Shown in pieces: positions 17,450 through 27,057 of a DNA stretch of 64,000 nt; within the stretch, counting starts at the first letter, position 1, and every line of letters starts with the position of its first letter. The position numbers were made by a program, and so were the translations under genes. The DNA comes from Vicinamibacterales bacterium (GTDB taxonomy: Bacteria > Acidobacteriota > Vicinamibacteria > Vicinamibacterales > UBA2999), in contig DAIRVG010000013.1 in assembly GCA_036802945.1 (NCBI GenBank), positions 634 to 64,633 on the forward strand, in the 5' to 3' direction. The notes under the pieces were generated by a model. The model ran no database searches. It saw nothing but the letters and a program-made list of their open reading frames with translations, and was not told the origin of the DNA.

Positions 17450-18505
17450 ATGCCCGCACGAATCGTGGCAGACCCTATCGGGGATCCGCGTTGGTCCGAG
17501 CTGCTGGACCGGCATCCAGCGGCTTCGATCTTTCACTCGCCCGGCTGGCTCAGCGCACTGCGGCAAACTTATGGGTACGAGCCATTCGTGGTGACCTCAT
17601 CGTCAGCTTCGACGCTGCAGAACGGGGTCGTGGTCTGTCGCGTAAAAGGTTGGGCGTCGCGCCGGCTGGTGTCGTTGCCGTTCTCGGATCATTGCGAGCC
17701 GCTCGTAGACGGGTCGGACGACCTCTCCGTGATACTCGCGCACCTGACTGGCGACGCTCAGACGGCCGGCGGGTGCTCGGTGGAATTGCGCCCTCGAGCC
17801 GTCGTCGAACCACCCTTCGAGGCTGCTGCTGACGGCTCTTGGCTGGGGTTGGGCAGCAAATACTGTCTGCACCGGCTCGACTTGCGGCCCGAGGCCACGG
17901 AGATCTTTCGACGGTTTCATCACTCCAGCACGCAACGGGCTATTCGCCGCGCGGAGCGCGAGGGCCTCACCTACGAGGCGGGGACATCGGACCGGTTGCT
18001 CGCTACTTTTTACCGACTACTGCGGATGACGCGACGCCGTCATGGACTGCCGCCGCAGCCGGTCGCGTGGTTTCGCAACCTCTTGGCGTGCCTTGGTGAT
18101 CGAGTGGCAATTAACGTGGCGAGCAAGGACGGCCAGCCGATCGCGAGCATCCTGACACTGTCGTTCAAGAAGACGATGTTCTACAAGTATGGCGGGTCGG
18201 ATGCGGCGCATCACCGCCTGGGCGGCATGCCATTCCTGTTCTGGCGGGTAATTCAGGATGCGCGGGCGCGCGGGTTCCTGGAACTAGACCTGGGCCGTTC
18301 GGATGTCGACCAACCCGGGCTGACTGCGTTCAAGAACCATCTGGGCGCGACGCAATCGGCGCTGACCTACTACCACTATCCGCCAAGACAGAACGGCACG
18401 AAGCGCACGGACTTGCTGTCCCGGGCTGCCGGCAGGGCGTTAGCACACCTGCCCGATGCTGCGCTGGATCTCGCCGGGCGGCTGCTTTACAGGTACTTAG
18501 GCTAG
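17450..18505 (+). CDS. FemAB-like/GNAT-fold acyltransferase (PEP-CTERM-system-associated FemAB-related family)
   Basis: IFHSPGWLSAL..Y, then QRAIRRAEREG, FYRLLRMTRRRHGLPPQP and MFYKYGGSD....LGGMPFLFWRVIQDARARGF..LDLGRSD. This is the typical Acetyltransf_6/FemAB layout. Confidence 0.85.
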   Translation: MPARIVADPIGDPRWSELLDRHPAASIFHSPGWLSALRQTYGYEPFVVTSSSASTLQNGVVVCRVKGWASRRLVSLPFSDHCEPLVDGSDDLSVILAHLTGDAQTAGGCSVELRPRAVVEPPFEAAADGSWLGLGSKYCLHRLDLRPEATEIFRRFHHSSTQRAIRRAEREGLTYEAGTSDRLLATFYRLLRMTRRRHGLPPQPVAWFRNLLACLGDRVAINVASKDGQPIASILTLSFKKTMFYKYGGSDAAHHRLGGMPFLFWRVIQDARARGFLELDLGRSDVDQPGLTAFKNHLGATQSALTYYHYPPRQNGTKRTDLLSRAAGRALAHLPDAALDLAGRLLYRYLG

Positions 18506-18516
18506 TCGGACGCAAT

Positions 18517-20994
18517 ATGCACCTTCTGCCGCTGCGAATGCGCAACCCAGAAACCGCCGCTCGGCCTCAGACGAGCTCGTCTAGCGTGACGCGTACGCTA
18601 AGCGGATCAGAGTCGGTTGAGGATCGACCCCCTTTGGTTGTTTCCAAGCGAATCTGGATTGACTTGGACAACACGCCGCACGTGCCGTTCTTCCGTCCGA
18701 TCATCCGCGCCCTTGAGCGCGAGGGGCATACGGTGACCGTGACCGCTCGAAATGCCTTTCAGGTGTGCAGCCTTGCGGAGTACCACGGCCTGAAATACCA
18801 GACAGTCGGCCGGCATTACGGTGCCAACAAGGTGATGAAGGTGGCGGGCACTCTTCGGCGGGCCGCGCAGCTACTTCCGATCGTCCTGCGCGAACGACCC
18901 CAGATGTCGATGTCGCACGGGTCTCGGCCGTTGGAACTGCTCTCGTTCCTGCTCGGCATCCCCGCCATGCGCATCTTCGACTACGAGTACTCGACAGAGC
19001 TCCCGTTCTTGAAGCCCGCGCTCGGTGTCGCCCCGGAATCAATCGACGACCTCCAGTTGGCCAAGTGCTTCAGGTACGGTCTTCGTACCTACCGCGGGCT
19101 GAAGGAGGACGTGTATACGGCGACGTTCCACCCGGACCCGTCAATCTTGGCCCAACTCGGCGTGACAACCGACGAGATCCTGGTGACGGTTCGTCCTCCG
19201 GCCACCGAGGCGCACTATCACAACCCCGAGGCGGACAGGCTCTTCGTCGAGGCCGTCAATGTCCTGGGCGCGACCGCGGGCGTTCGAATGGTTATCCTGC
19301 CCAGGACCGTGAGTTCCCAAGGGGAGCTGATCCACCGGACGTGGCCCCGCTGGTGCGAGGAGCGGAGAATCATCGTGCCTGACCGCGCCCTGGACGGCCT
19401 CAACTTGGTCTGGTTCTCCGATCTGGTCGTAAGCGGAGGTGGAACCATGAACCGCGAGGCGGCGGCCCTCGGCGTTCCCGTATACAGCATCTTTCGCGGC
19501 AAGCTTGGAGCGGTCGATCGGTACCTCGCGCGGGAAGGACGCTTGGTGCTCATCGAAAAGCCGGAAGAAGTCCGATTGAAATTGAATCTTGTGAAGCGTA
19601 CGCGAGGCGCTGGACCAGACTTTACCGAGCGGCCTGCGCTCCGACAGATCCTGAATGCCGCGCACGAACTGATGGAACTGTCCAAATTGGAGCCACTGGC
19701 CACACATGAGAATCCTGCACGGAGTGGCGGCGCGCCTCAAGTTCATGAAGGCGGCCCCTGTAATGAGCGCCCTCGGCAGCGAGTTCGATCAGACGCTAGC
19801 CCACATCGCGGAGGTTGTGCGGAGTCTGAAAGAGGAACTCTGCACGGAAACACCCCTGCGAAGGGCGCAATTGCGATGAATTCTCACCTGATCCTCACAG
19901 TCGATTACGAGGTTTTCGGCAACGGTCAGGGCTGCCTGAAGCACTGCGTGGTCGAGCCCACCTCCCGTCTCCTTCGCGTGGCTGATCAGTTCGATGCCCC
20001 GGTAACGCTCTTCGCCGAGGCTGCCGAGCTGATAGCTATGGAACGGGAAATGGGACGAGGCGCGGTGAGAGACGTCAGAGAACAACTCGGGGGCGCAGTG
20101 CTCGGGGGACACGACGTGCAGTTGCACCTGCACCCGCAATGGCAAGGGGCGAAGCAACGCCACGATGGTGGATGGGATGTGGACTTCGACCGTTGGCGCA
20201 TCGGAGATCTACCAGAGCACGAAACCGAGTCCCTGATTTCAGCCGGAAAAGGATGGCTCGACGACGTGGCCTTCGCCAACACCGCGGGCCGTAGCTGTAT
20301 GGCGTTTCGCGCTGGCAACTGGTGTATTCAGCCTTCTGAAGTCGTCATTCGATCCTTGCGACGACAGGGCTTCAGGGTGGAGTCGACGGTCGTCCCGGGA
20401 ATGAGGCGGTCTAGCCAAGGAGAATGGAGCGACTTTCGGTCCGCACCCGACCTGCCGTTCTGGCGTGTGGACGGGGATGTGTGTGAAGCCAGTTTATCGG
20501 GATTATGGGAAGTGCCAATTGCGTCTGGAAGAGTAGCGCGGCTCAAGCAGCTCTTTGCGGAGCTTCAGGCCCGGAAAACGCAGAACTCCCGATTCGCTCC
20601 CAACTGCCATGGTTCCTATTCGATTCGCTCAGGGGGACCGCTCAATCGCGTTGGGGTCAATCTCCGCAAGCTGATCGATCTCGGGCTCGCAAAACTCGAT
20701 TTTTCCACGATGCCGGCTCAGATCCTCGTGACGATCACCGAGGACTGGATGCGACGTTTCAACGATCCTCTTTGGCCGACACCGATCGTCGCCATTGCGC
20801 ACACAAAGAACTGGACGGACAGGTCGACGGGGCACCTCACGGACTTCCTCACATGGGCTCGTAGCGCGGGGATCCGGTTCTCCACTTACTCCGAATGGCT
20901 CGCGCTCCTGAAGACTGAAGCCACGTCGAACACAACAGGCTCCCGCCCTGGCGAGCCGGAGCGATCGGATGCACTCCTCTCAGCAGAGGCATGA
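18517..20994 (+). CDS. 825-aa fusion ORF: N-terminal DUF354-like GT-B domain, junk-like linker, and C-terminal polysaccharide-deacetylase-like domain (possibly two genes)
   Basis: The N-terminal part (RIWIDLDNTPHVPFFRPII..VVSGGGTMNREAAALGVPVYSIF) looks like DUF354. After about residue 395 comes a low-complexity stretch. From the ATG at 19876 (MNSHLILTVDYEVFGNG..HLHPQW) there is a deacetylase-like barrel. The frame is open throughout, but the second domain has its own in-frame ATG. Confidence 0.75.
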   Translation: MHLLPLRMRNPETAARPQTSSSSVTRTLSGSESVEDRPPLVVSKRIWIDLDNTPHVPFFRPIIRALEREGHTVTVTARNAFQVCSLAEYHGLKYQTVGRHYGANKVMKVAGTLRRAAQLLPIVLRERPQMSMSHGSRPLELLSFLLGIPAMRIFDYEYSTELPFLKPALGVAPESIDDLQLAKCFRYGLRTYRGLKEDVYTATFHPDPSILAQLGVTTDEILVTVRPPATEAHYHNPEADRLFVEAVNVLGATAGVRMVILPRTVSSQGELIHRTWPRWCEERRIIVPDRALDGLNLVWFSDLVVSGGGTMNREAAALGVPVYSIFRGKLGAVDRYLAREGRLVLIEKPEEVRLKLNLVKRTRGAGPDFTERPALRQILNAAHELMELSKLEPLATHENPARSGGAPQVHEGGPCNERPRQRVRSDASPHRGGCAESERGTLHGNTPAKGAIAMNSHLILTVDYEVFGNGQGCLKHCVVEPTSRLLRVADQFDAPVTLFAEAAELIAMEREMGRGAVRDVREQLGGAVLGGHDVQLHLHPQWQGAKQRHDGGWDVDFDRWRIGDLPEHETESLISAGKGWLDDVAFANTAGRSCMAFRAGNWCIQPSEVVIRSLRRQGFRVESTVVPGMRRSSQGEWSDFRSAPDLPFWRVDGDVCEASLSGLWEVPIASGRVARLKQLFAELQARKTQNSRFAPNCHGSYSIRSGGPLNRVGVNLRKLIDLGLAKLDFSTMPAQILVTITEDWMRRFNDPLWPTPIVAIAHTKNWTDRSTGHLTDFLTWARSAGIRFSTYSEWLALLKTEATSNTTGSRPGEPERSDALLSAEA
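19706..19879 (+). pseudogene. 57-codon relic of a UDP-GlcNAc 2-epimerase-type gene, out of frame inside the linker of the 825-aa ORF
   Basis: Hand translation: MRILHGVAARLKFMKAAPVMSALGSEFDQTLAHIAEVVRSLKEELCTETPLRRAQLR*. The first ~33 aa match the epimerase N-terminus (compare this window's WecB, GGARPNFMKVAPLYHAF...EVTLVHTGQHYD). Its TGA overlaps the ATG at 19876 (ATGA), as in a coupled operon junction. Confidence 0.45.
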
Positions 20995-21000
20995 AGTGAC

Positions 21001-22185
21001 GTGGGGAAAGACACCGTAACAGTCGACAGCACGGACGGACGGAAGCCTAGCGTTTGCATCGTCGCCCACCTCGCGTATGGAGAACTGGCCGGGCTCACGA
21101 CTGGCCATGTAGGGGGGGTCGAACACCAGACCAGCCTGATGGCGCGGTGGCTTGCGGCCCACGGATATAGGGTGAGCCTACTAACTTGGAACGAAGGGCA
21201 GCCAGACGGGGTTGAAATTGACGGTGTCCGCAACTTCAAGCTGTGCGCAAGCGATGCCGGCATACGTGGGCTAAGGTTCGTTCATCCGCGGTGGACAAGT
21301 CTTAACCAGGCCATGCGTCGTGCCGATGCCGAGCTCTACTACCACAACTGCGGTGAATACGTCACCGGTCAGGTAGCACACTGGTGTATGCGACACCGTC
21401 GTCGTTTCGTCTACTCGGTCGCCAGCGATCCCGATTGCGACCCTCGCCTCCCTCATATGAGAACGGTCCGTGAGCGAGTCCTGTACCGATACGGCCTGTT
21501 CCACGCCAACCGGATTGTGGTGCAAACGCTCGCGCAGCAGCGCATGCTGAGAGACGGGTTCGGGCTGGAATCGCTTCTGATCCCAATGCCTTGTGCGGGA
21601 CCCCAGCTCGAAGCAGTCCGAACCAATGATTCACAAGGAAGAGCGTCATCACGAGTGGCCTGGGTCGGCCGCATTAGCGAGGAGAAACGTCCCGAGTGGC
21701 TCATAGAGGTCGCCAGGCGGCTTCCGGAGATCACATTCGACGTGGTGGGCGCGGTAAATCGAGAAAGCAACTACACGCGACGGGTGCTCGATGACCTTCG
21801 AGCGCTACCCAACGTCGTCATACACGGGCGCGTGCCGCGCGAGCGGATGCCTGAGGTGTACGGCACTTTGGCCTGCCTTCTCTCCACGTCCGCATTCGAA
21901 GGATTCCCAAATACCTTCCTCGAGGCCTGGAGTCACGGCGTTCCAGTCGTGTCAACGATTGATCCTGACCGGTTGATTGCCAACAGAGGTCTTGGATTCA
22001 CCGCGAATAACCTTCCTGAGCTGATCGACGGACTCAAGAAGATACTGAGTTCTCAGGCCAGGTGGTGTGATGCTTCGAAATCGGCGCGCCGCTATTACGC
22101 GGAGAACCATGCTATCGACGTAGTTATGCCACGCGTTGAGCAGCTTTTTCTCGGCGTGACGGGCCGACTCGCCGCGAGTACTTGA
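21001..22185 (+). CDS. Glycosyltransferase family 4 (GT-B)
   Basis: HVGGVEHQTSLMARWLAAHGY in the N-terminal domain, and the E-x7-E region STSAFEGFPNTFLEAWSHGVPVVST. Confidence 0.9.
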   Translation: MGKDTVTVDSTDGRKPSVCIVAHLAYGELAGLTTGHVGGVEHQTSLMARWLAAHGYRVSLLTWNEGQPDGVEIDGVRNFKLCASDAGIRGLRFVHPRWTSLNQAMRRADAELYYHNCGEYVTGQVAHWCMRHRRRFVYSVASDPDCDPRLPHMRTVRERVLYRYGLFHANRIVVQTLAQQRMLRDGFGLESLLIPMPCAGPQLEAVRTNDSQGRASSRVAWVGRISEEKRPEWLIEVARRLPEITFDVVGAVNRESNYTRRVLDDLRALPNVVIHGRVPRERMPEVYGTLACLLSTSAFEGFPNTFLEAWSHGVPVVSTIDPDRLIANRGLGFTANNLPELIDGLKKILSSQARWCDASKSARRYYAENHAIDVVMPRVEQLFLGVTGRLAAST

Positions 22186-23357
22186 GCACGCCGTCCTTGA
22201 AAGTTGCGATCGTTACCGCCTTTCCCCAAACCATCAAAACGCCGGAGGGCGGTGTCGAGGCGGTGAGCGTTCAGCTTGTTGACGGCCTTGGGAAGCTTGG
22301 CGACCTGGCTATTAACGTCGTCACCCTCGATCGCTCGTGCACGCAAGTCTCCACATCGAGGTGTGACGGGGTCACCGTACACCGGTTGCCCTGGACTGGA
22401 AGGAACGTACTCACCCACGCAGTCGGCCAGGGTCGACAGCAGATCATCAAGTACTTGAACTACCTCGAGCCGGACGTTGTTCATGCTCATGACACCTACG
22501 GGTTGATGGTACGCGGGATGCCGGTTCCACGGGTACTCACGATCCATGGCTTCATCCACGGCGATCTGGCCGTCTCGGGCGAGCGACTCGCGTGGGTCCG
22601 ATCGAAGATGTGGAGGTGGGCGGAAACGGTGGCGTGGGCGGATCAGCCGCATATCATCTCCATCAGTCCGTACGTCCGCGAACGGCTGGCCGGCATCTCC
22701 ACCGGTGTCATACACGACATCGATAACCCGATAGCGGAGTCCTTTTTCAGCATCGATCGCGAAGAGCGCAAGGGAACGATTTTCAGCGCTGCCGTCATCA
22801 GCCCCCGCAAGAACACACTGACACTCGTCGAGTCGTTCGCTCGCCTGGTGGCAAGTGGCGTGACCGCAGAGTTAAGGCTAGCAGGGCGGGAAATCGACAG
22901 AGCCTATGCGCTTCGAGTCAAACAACGCATCGACGAGTTGCGCCTCGCCGATCAGATCACGTGGCTCGGACCGATTCCCACCGACCAGGTCCGGCAGGAG
23001 CTCGCGACTGCAAGCGTGTTCGCCCTCGTTTCTTTGGAGGAGAACTCGCCTATGGGCATTGAGGAGGCGATGGCCGCAGGGGTTCCAGTCGTAACGTCGA
23101 ATCGGTGCGGAATGCCCTACCTAGTTCGCCACGGTGAGACAGGCTACCTGGTAGCCCCGAGCGATCCGGCCGACATTGCCCGTCGGCTCGGGGAGCTAAT
23201 TCGAAATGACAGCCTAAGGATGGCCATGGGACAGAAGGGCAAGGAGATCGCGCAGGATCGTTTCCACCCTGCCGTTGTAGCCCGCCGCACGAGAGATGTC
23301 TACCTGCAGGCACTCTGCAGTCGAACGGGAGTCGATGAAAACAACCTTGGTCGATGA
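22182..23357 (+). CDS. Glycosyltransferase family 4 (GT-B)
   Basis: GGVEAVSVQLVDGL.. in the N-terminal domain, and VSLEENSPMGIEEAMAAGVPVVTSNRCGMPYLVRHGETGYLV. The TTGA start/stop overlaps the previous gene. Confidence 0.9.
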   Translation: MSTPSLKVAIVTAFPQTIKTPEGGVEAVSVQLVDGLGKLGDLAINVVTLDRSCTQVSTSRCDGVTVHRLPWTGRNVLTHAVGQGRQQIIKYLNYLEPDVVHAHDTYGLMVRGMPVPRVLTIHGFIHGDLAVSGERLAWVRSKMWRWAETVAWADQPHIISISPYVRERLAGISTGVIHDIDNPIAESFFSIDREERKGTIFSAAVISPRKNTLTLVESFARLVASGVTAELRLAGREIDRAYALRVKQRIDELRLADQITWLGPIPTDQVRQELATASVFALVSLEENSPMGIEEAMAAGVPVVTSNRCGMPYLVRHGETGYLVAPSDPADIARRLGELIRNDSLRMAMGQKGKEIAQDRFHPAVVARRTRDVYLQALCSRTGVDENNLGR

Positions 23358-24651
23358 GCCGGTCGAACAGGACATCTGGAAAGCTACTGATCGCTTCCTG
23401 TCCTGGCTAGGCCGTCATGGCGTCGAGAGTCACGACCCTTACGACCTATGGGGAACCCGATACGGGGTGTTCGCGAGGCGGCACTACTACGCCAAGAGCA
23501 TCTGGGGTCTCCCGCTCGTCGCGCCGCTTTTGGCCGTCGACACGTTCGCTCCAGGCATTCGAGGACTCTTCGTCAAGAAAGAACGATATGCGACTGCAGA
23601 AGCACAATTGGTGCTCGCTTTCTTGAATCTCTACGCATGCACTGAAGATGAGATCTATCTCAAGAGGGCACAAACGGGAGCGGAGGGGCTGCTCGAAATT
23701 TCGATTCCCGGGTACAGCGGCCACTGCTGGGGTTATCCGTTTGATTGGCAAAACAATCGAGGACTCTGGCGGCGCAACACTCCGTTCATCACATGCACTC
23801 CCTATTGCTTCGAAGCGTTCTTGGAACTAGCCGACGCGACGGGAGTCGAAGAGCGCCTTCACATAGCAGCCTCAATCGCGAGATTTGTGGCGCACGACCT
23901 TCAGGACTCGCCGGTTTCGATCCACGCGTCGGCCGGGAGCTATTCGCCCAACGATCACACCCAGGTGATTAACGCCAGTGCCTATAGGGCCTTCGTCCTC
24001 TTCGAAGCCTGGGCACGATTTGGCGTCGACGAGTACTGGGACATCGCGCACCGAAACCTGAGGTTTGTACTCGACAGTCAACGCGCTGACGGCTCCTGGT
24101 TGTATGCCCTAGAGAGCAAGAACGAAGGTTTCATCGACCATTTTCACACGTGTTTCGTGCTCAAGAATCTAAGGAAGACTAATCGGATACTTGGCAGCGC
24201 GGAGATCGCTCGACGCATTGCGATTGGTTGGCACTTCTATCGCAGCGCGCTCTTTCACGACGACGAAACCCCCAAGAGCTTTGCAATCGAGCCACGTCTC
24301 CAGCTTGCCCGGGTGGAGTTGTACAACTTCGCCGAAGCGATCTCGCTGGGCACCCTTCTAAAAGACTCGGAGCCAAAGGCCTTTGCGTTCGCTCACCGGC
24401 TGACGGTCAGAGTCATCCGGGATTACCAGCTGGACGACGGTCATTTCGTGACGCGCTCTTATCGCGGGGGCTTGCGCCACACGACGCCTTTTCTTCGTTG
24501 GCCACAGGCCCAGATGTTTCTGGCCCTCACCAACATGCTTCGGGCGATCCACGCTCAGAGAAATGGACCTGAGGAAGGGTTGGAAGGCTTTCGGAACATG
24601 CAGCCGCCGCCACGTCGGCTGGGTAGTCAGCGAGGAATGGGGGCTGCCTGA
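23335..24651 (+). CDS. Conserved hypothetical protein, aromatic-rich, possibly alpha/alpha-toroid fold (hydrolase/lyase/epimerase-like)
   Basis: Long ORF in operon context. Features are GYSGHCWGYPFDWQN, DGSWLY and HTCFVLKNL. The fold guess comes only from these repeat-like aromatic motifs. An alternative ATG lies at 23296. Confidence 0.7.
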   Translation: MKTTLVDEPVEQDIWKATDRFLSWLGRHGVESHDPYDLWGTRYGVFARRHYYAKSIWGLPLVAPLLAVDTFAPGIRGLFVKKERYATAEAQLVLAFLNLYACTEDEIYLKRAQTGAEGLLEISIPGYSGHCWGYPFDWQNNRGLWRRNTPFITCTPYCFEAFLELADATGVEERLHIAASIARFVAHDLQDSPVSIHASAGSYSPNDHTQVINASAYRAFVLFEAWARFGVDEYWDIAHRNLRFVLDSQRADGSWLYALESKNEGFIDHFHTCFVLKNLRKTNRILGSAEIARRIAIGWHFYRSALFHDDETPKSFAIEPRLQLARVELYNFAEAISLGTLLKDSEPKAFAFAHRLTVRVIRDYQLDDGHFVTRSYRGGLRHTTPFLRWPQAQMFLALTNMLRAIHAQRNGPEEGLEGFRNMQPPPRRLGSQRGMGAA

Positions 24652-24654
24652 TCC

Positions 24655-25287
24655 GTGTTGGAGGTATCTGCGAGTATGCCTGATTTCTTGTACCGCGCGA
24701 TGCGGCCGGCGCGTGCCTTAATGAAGCGCTGGGGATCAACCCCTGTGAAACGTGTCGCTTGGAACGTCGAGTTCAAGCGGGGTGAGTACTCGCACGAGGT
24801 CAATGAAGGCTACCGCTCGCGCATCAACAACTGGGTCGAACAGTATTGCAGACACGGGCACATCCTCGACCTCGGCTGCAGTGACGGACATGTGGGACTT
24901 TCCCTCAATCCCAAAGAATACGCGAGCTACACCGGCGTGGACGTATCGGAAATCGGAATTCAGGAGGCGAGAGAGAAGTGTCGACGAGCTGGCGGTGAGA
25001 GATACGAGAAGAACGTCTTTTTGGTCGGAGACATTTGCACGTATCGCCCAGAGCACTTGATGGACGTAATTCTCTTCAAGGACTCGCTGTACTACGTGAA
25101 TCGCATCAAGATCGCGGGTCTCCTCGACCGGTACGGATCGTCACTGACGGCAGGCGGCGTTTTCATTGTTCACATGGACAACATTAGGCGGCACGGTTGG
25201 ATACAGCTCTTGATAGAAAGACACTTCGAGGTCGTGGAGAAGAACTCGGTGCTCGATCCGACCGGTATGTTGTTGGTATTTCGCTAA
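24655..25287 (+). CDS. Class I SAM-dependent methyltransferase
   Basis: Motif I is ILDLGCSDG, the acidic loop is YTGVDVS, and motif IV-like is VILFKDSLYY. Confidence 0.85.
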   Translation: MLEVSASMPDFLYRAMRPARALMKRWGSTPVKRVAWNVEFKRGEYSHEVNEGYRSRINNWVEQYCRHGHILDLGCSDGHVGLSLNPKEYASYTGVDVSEIGIQEAREKCRRAGGERYEKNVFLVGDICTYRPEHLMDVILFKDSLYYVNRIKIAGLLDRYGSSLTAGGVFIVHMDNIRRHGWIQLLIERHFEVVEKNSVLDPTGMLLVFR

Positions 25288-25467
25288 TTAACTATTTATC
25301 GAACTACAGAACGATATGCCCTTCGCCAACTGCGTCACAGCACGGATTCCTGGTCTATGGGCTGGTCCCGGCTTGAGGATGTCAGGGCTTGGTCAGCATC
25401 CAATCTCGCGCCGATATCTCGCCGGAGGGCGAGAGGCGACGCGAGTGGTCGGCCAACGGGTCCCCGT

Positions 25468-27057
25468 ATGATCCGCGTGTCAGCGTTCTGGCTGCTCGTG
25501 GCGGTCCTCAGCGCCTACGCATCGAAGGACTGGTTCAAGTCGCTTTGCGCCTTGATCATTCTGATGGCGATTATCGAACACCCTGACGTACCAACCAAAG
25601 TATTCGGCGTGCAGGGATTGAATCCCTTTAACCTCCTACTACTTGCCGTTGTCGTCGGCTGGGCAACAAGCCGCAAGCGTGAGGGGCTGTCGTGGGATAT
25701 GCCCTCCCACATCACGACGTTGATTGTCTTGTACTTCGCCGTCGTCGTGATCAGTTTCTTCCGCATGCTTCTGGATCGACGGGGACTCCCTCCGGCCGAG
25801 TTTACAACCGCGACAATGTGGAGCGAGTATCTCATCAACACTGTTAAATGGGTGGTCCCGGGGTTGCTCGTGTTCGACGGGTGCCGAACGCCAGAACGAC
25901 AGCGCCTGGCGGCCTGGAGCATCGCTGGAATCTATTTCCTTCTCGCCGTCCAAGTGATCAAGTGGATGCCGCTGGAATTTGCCTCGAGCGAGGACATGGC
26001 ATCTCGAGCGGCGAAGATCATGTTGAATGAGATCGGCTACAGCCGCGTGACCATGTCGATGATGCTGGGGGGAGGGGCCTGGGCCTGTCTCTCCTTGATG
26101 CCCTTGGTGAGCCGGTGGCGATTCCGTCTGCTGTTGCTGGTGTCGTTCGCGGCGGTGGCCTACGCGCAGGCTCTGACCGGAGGGCGGATGGGGTACGTGA
26201 CGTGGGCGGTCGTTGGGATTCTGCTCGGCCTGCTTCGCTGGCGACGGTACCTTCTCATGGCGCCGCTATTGTTGGTACTCGTGGCGATGGTCGTGCCCAG
26301 TGCCGTTGAACGAATGCTTCAGGGATTCACCACATCGAATGGAGGGACGGTTGTAAACGACTACGAAGTGACCTCTGGTCGTAATATTGCCTGGCCGTTG
26401 GTGATTAAGAAGATTGCCGAGGCCCCGGTCGTAGGTTACGGTGAGCAGGCCATGTGGCGGACCGGCCTGGCCGCAAAGCTGGGCGCTGAGTCGTTTTCTC
26501 ACCCACACAATGCCTATCTGGAATTGCTCTTGGACAACGGTTGGATGGGCTTTCTGGCCGTCGTGCCCTTCTTCTTTCTTGTTGTGTGGCGTGCGGTTGG
26601 CTTGCTGCGAACGCAGGACAATCTCTGTACGGCCATCGGAGGAATGACTCTCGCGTTGGTTCTCGCGCTGCTTGTGGCCGGCGTCGGCAGCCAAACGTTC
26701 TATCCCCAGGATGACGGCGTGGGAATGTGGGCTGCGATCGGCGTCATGCTGCGTGTTTCCGTGGAAAAAAGGAAGGCGCTCGAAGGCGGCCTCTGCTTCG
26801 AAGACAACCAAGGAGCTACTGGCGCAGGAGTTATTGGCCAAGGAAGGCTTGGCAAGTCACGCAGGCGGGTGGCAGCAGCGGCCTATGGTAGCTGGGCGGC
26901 GAGACGGAGACGGCCTGAACTGGGACACTCGGTGCTGTCGCCTCTGGCTGCTGAACGTCCGCCGGCGAAGTGGCCTCGAACACGACTACGCGTGGACGGC
27001 GGTCCGAACGAAATCCGGCGCTTTGGGCGGACTGGTAGGCATCACCGGTTTACCTGA
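25468..27057 (+). CDS. O-antigen ligase/polymerase-family membrane protein (Wzy_C-like; candidate EPS polymerase)
   Basis: Multi-TM protein with the Wzy_C signature region SFSHPHNAYLELLLDNGWMGFL. The start is placed at MIRVSAFWLLVAVL. The last ~100 aa are Arg-rich and not membrane-protein-like. Confidence 0.85.
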   Translation: MIRVSAFWLLVAVLSAYASKDWFKSLCALIILMAIIEHPDVPTKVFGVQGLNPFNLLLLAVVVGWATSRKREGLSWDMPSHITTLIVLYFAVVVISFFRMLLDRRGLPPAEFTTATMWSEYLINTVKWVVPGLLVFDGCRTPERQRLAAWSIAGIYFLLAVQVIKWMPLEFASSEDMASRAAKIMLNEIGYSRVTMSMMLGGGAWACLSLMPLVSRWRFRLLLLVSFAAVAYAQALTGGRMGYVTWAVVGILLGLLRWRRYLLMAPLLLVLVAMVVPSAVERMLQGFTTSNGGTVVNDYEVTSGRNIAWPLVIKKIAEAPVVGYGEQAMWRTGLAAKLGAESFSHPHNAYLELLLDNGWMGFLAVVPFFFLVVWRAVGLLRTQDNLCTAIGGMTLALVLALLVAGVGSQTFYPQDDGVGMWAAIGVMLRVSVEKRKALEGGLCFEDNQGATGAGVIGQGRLGKSRRRVAAAAYGSWAARRRRPELGHSVLSPLAAERPPAKWPRTRLRVDGGPNEIRRFGRTGRHHRFT

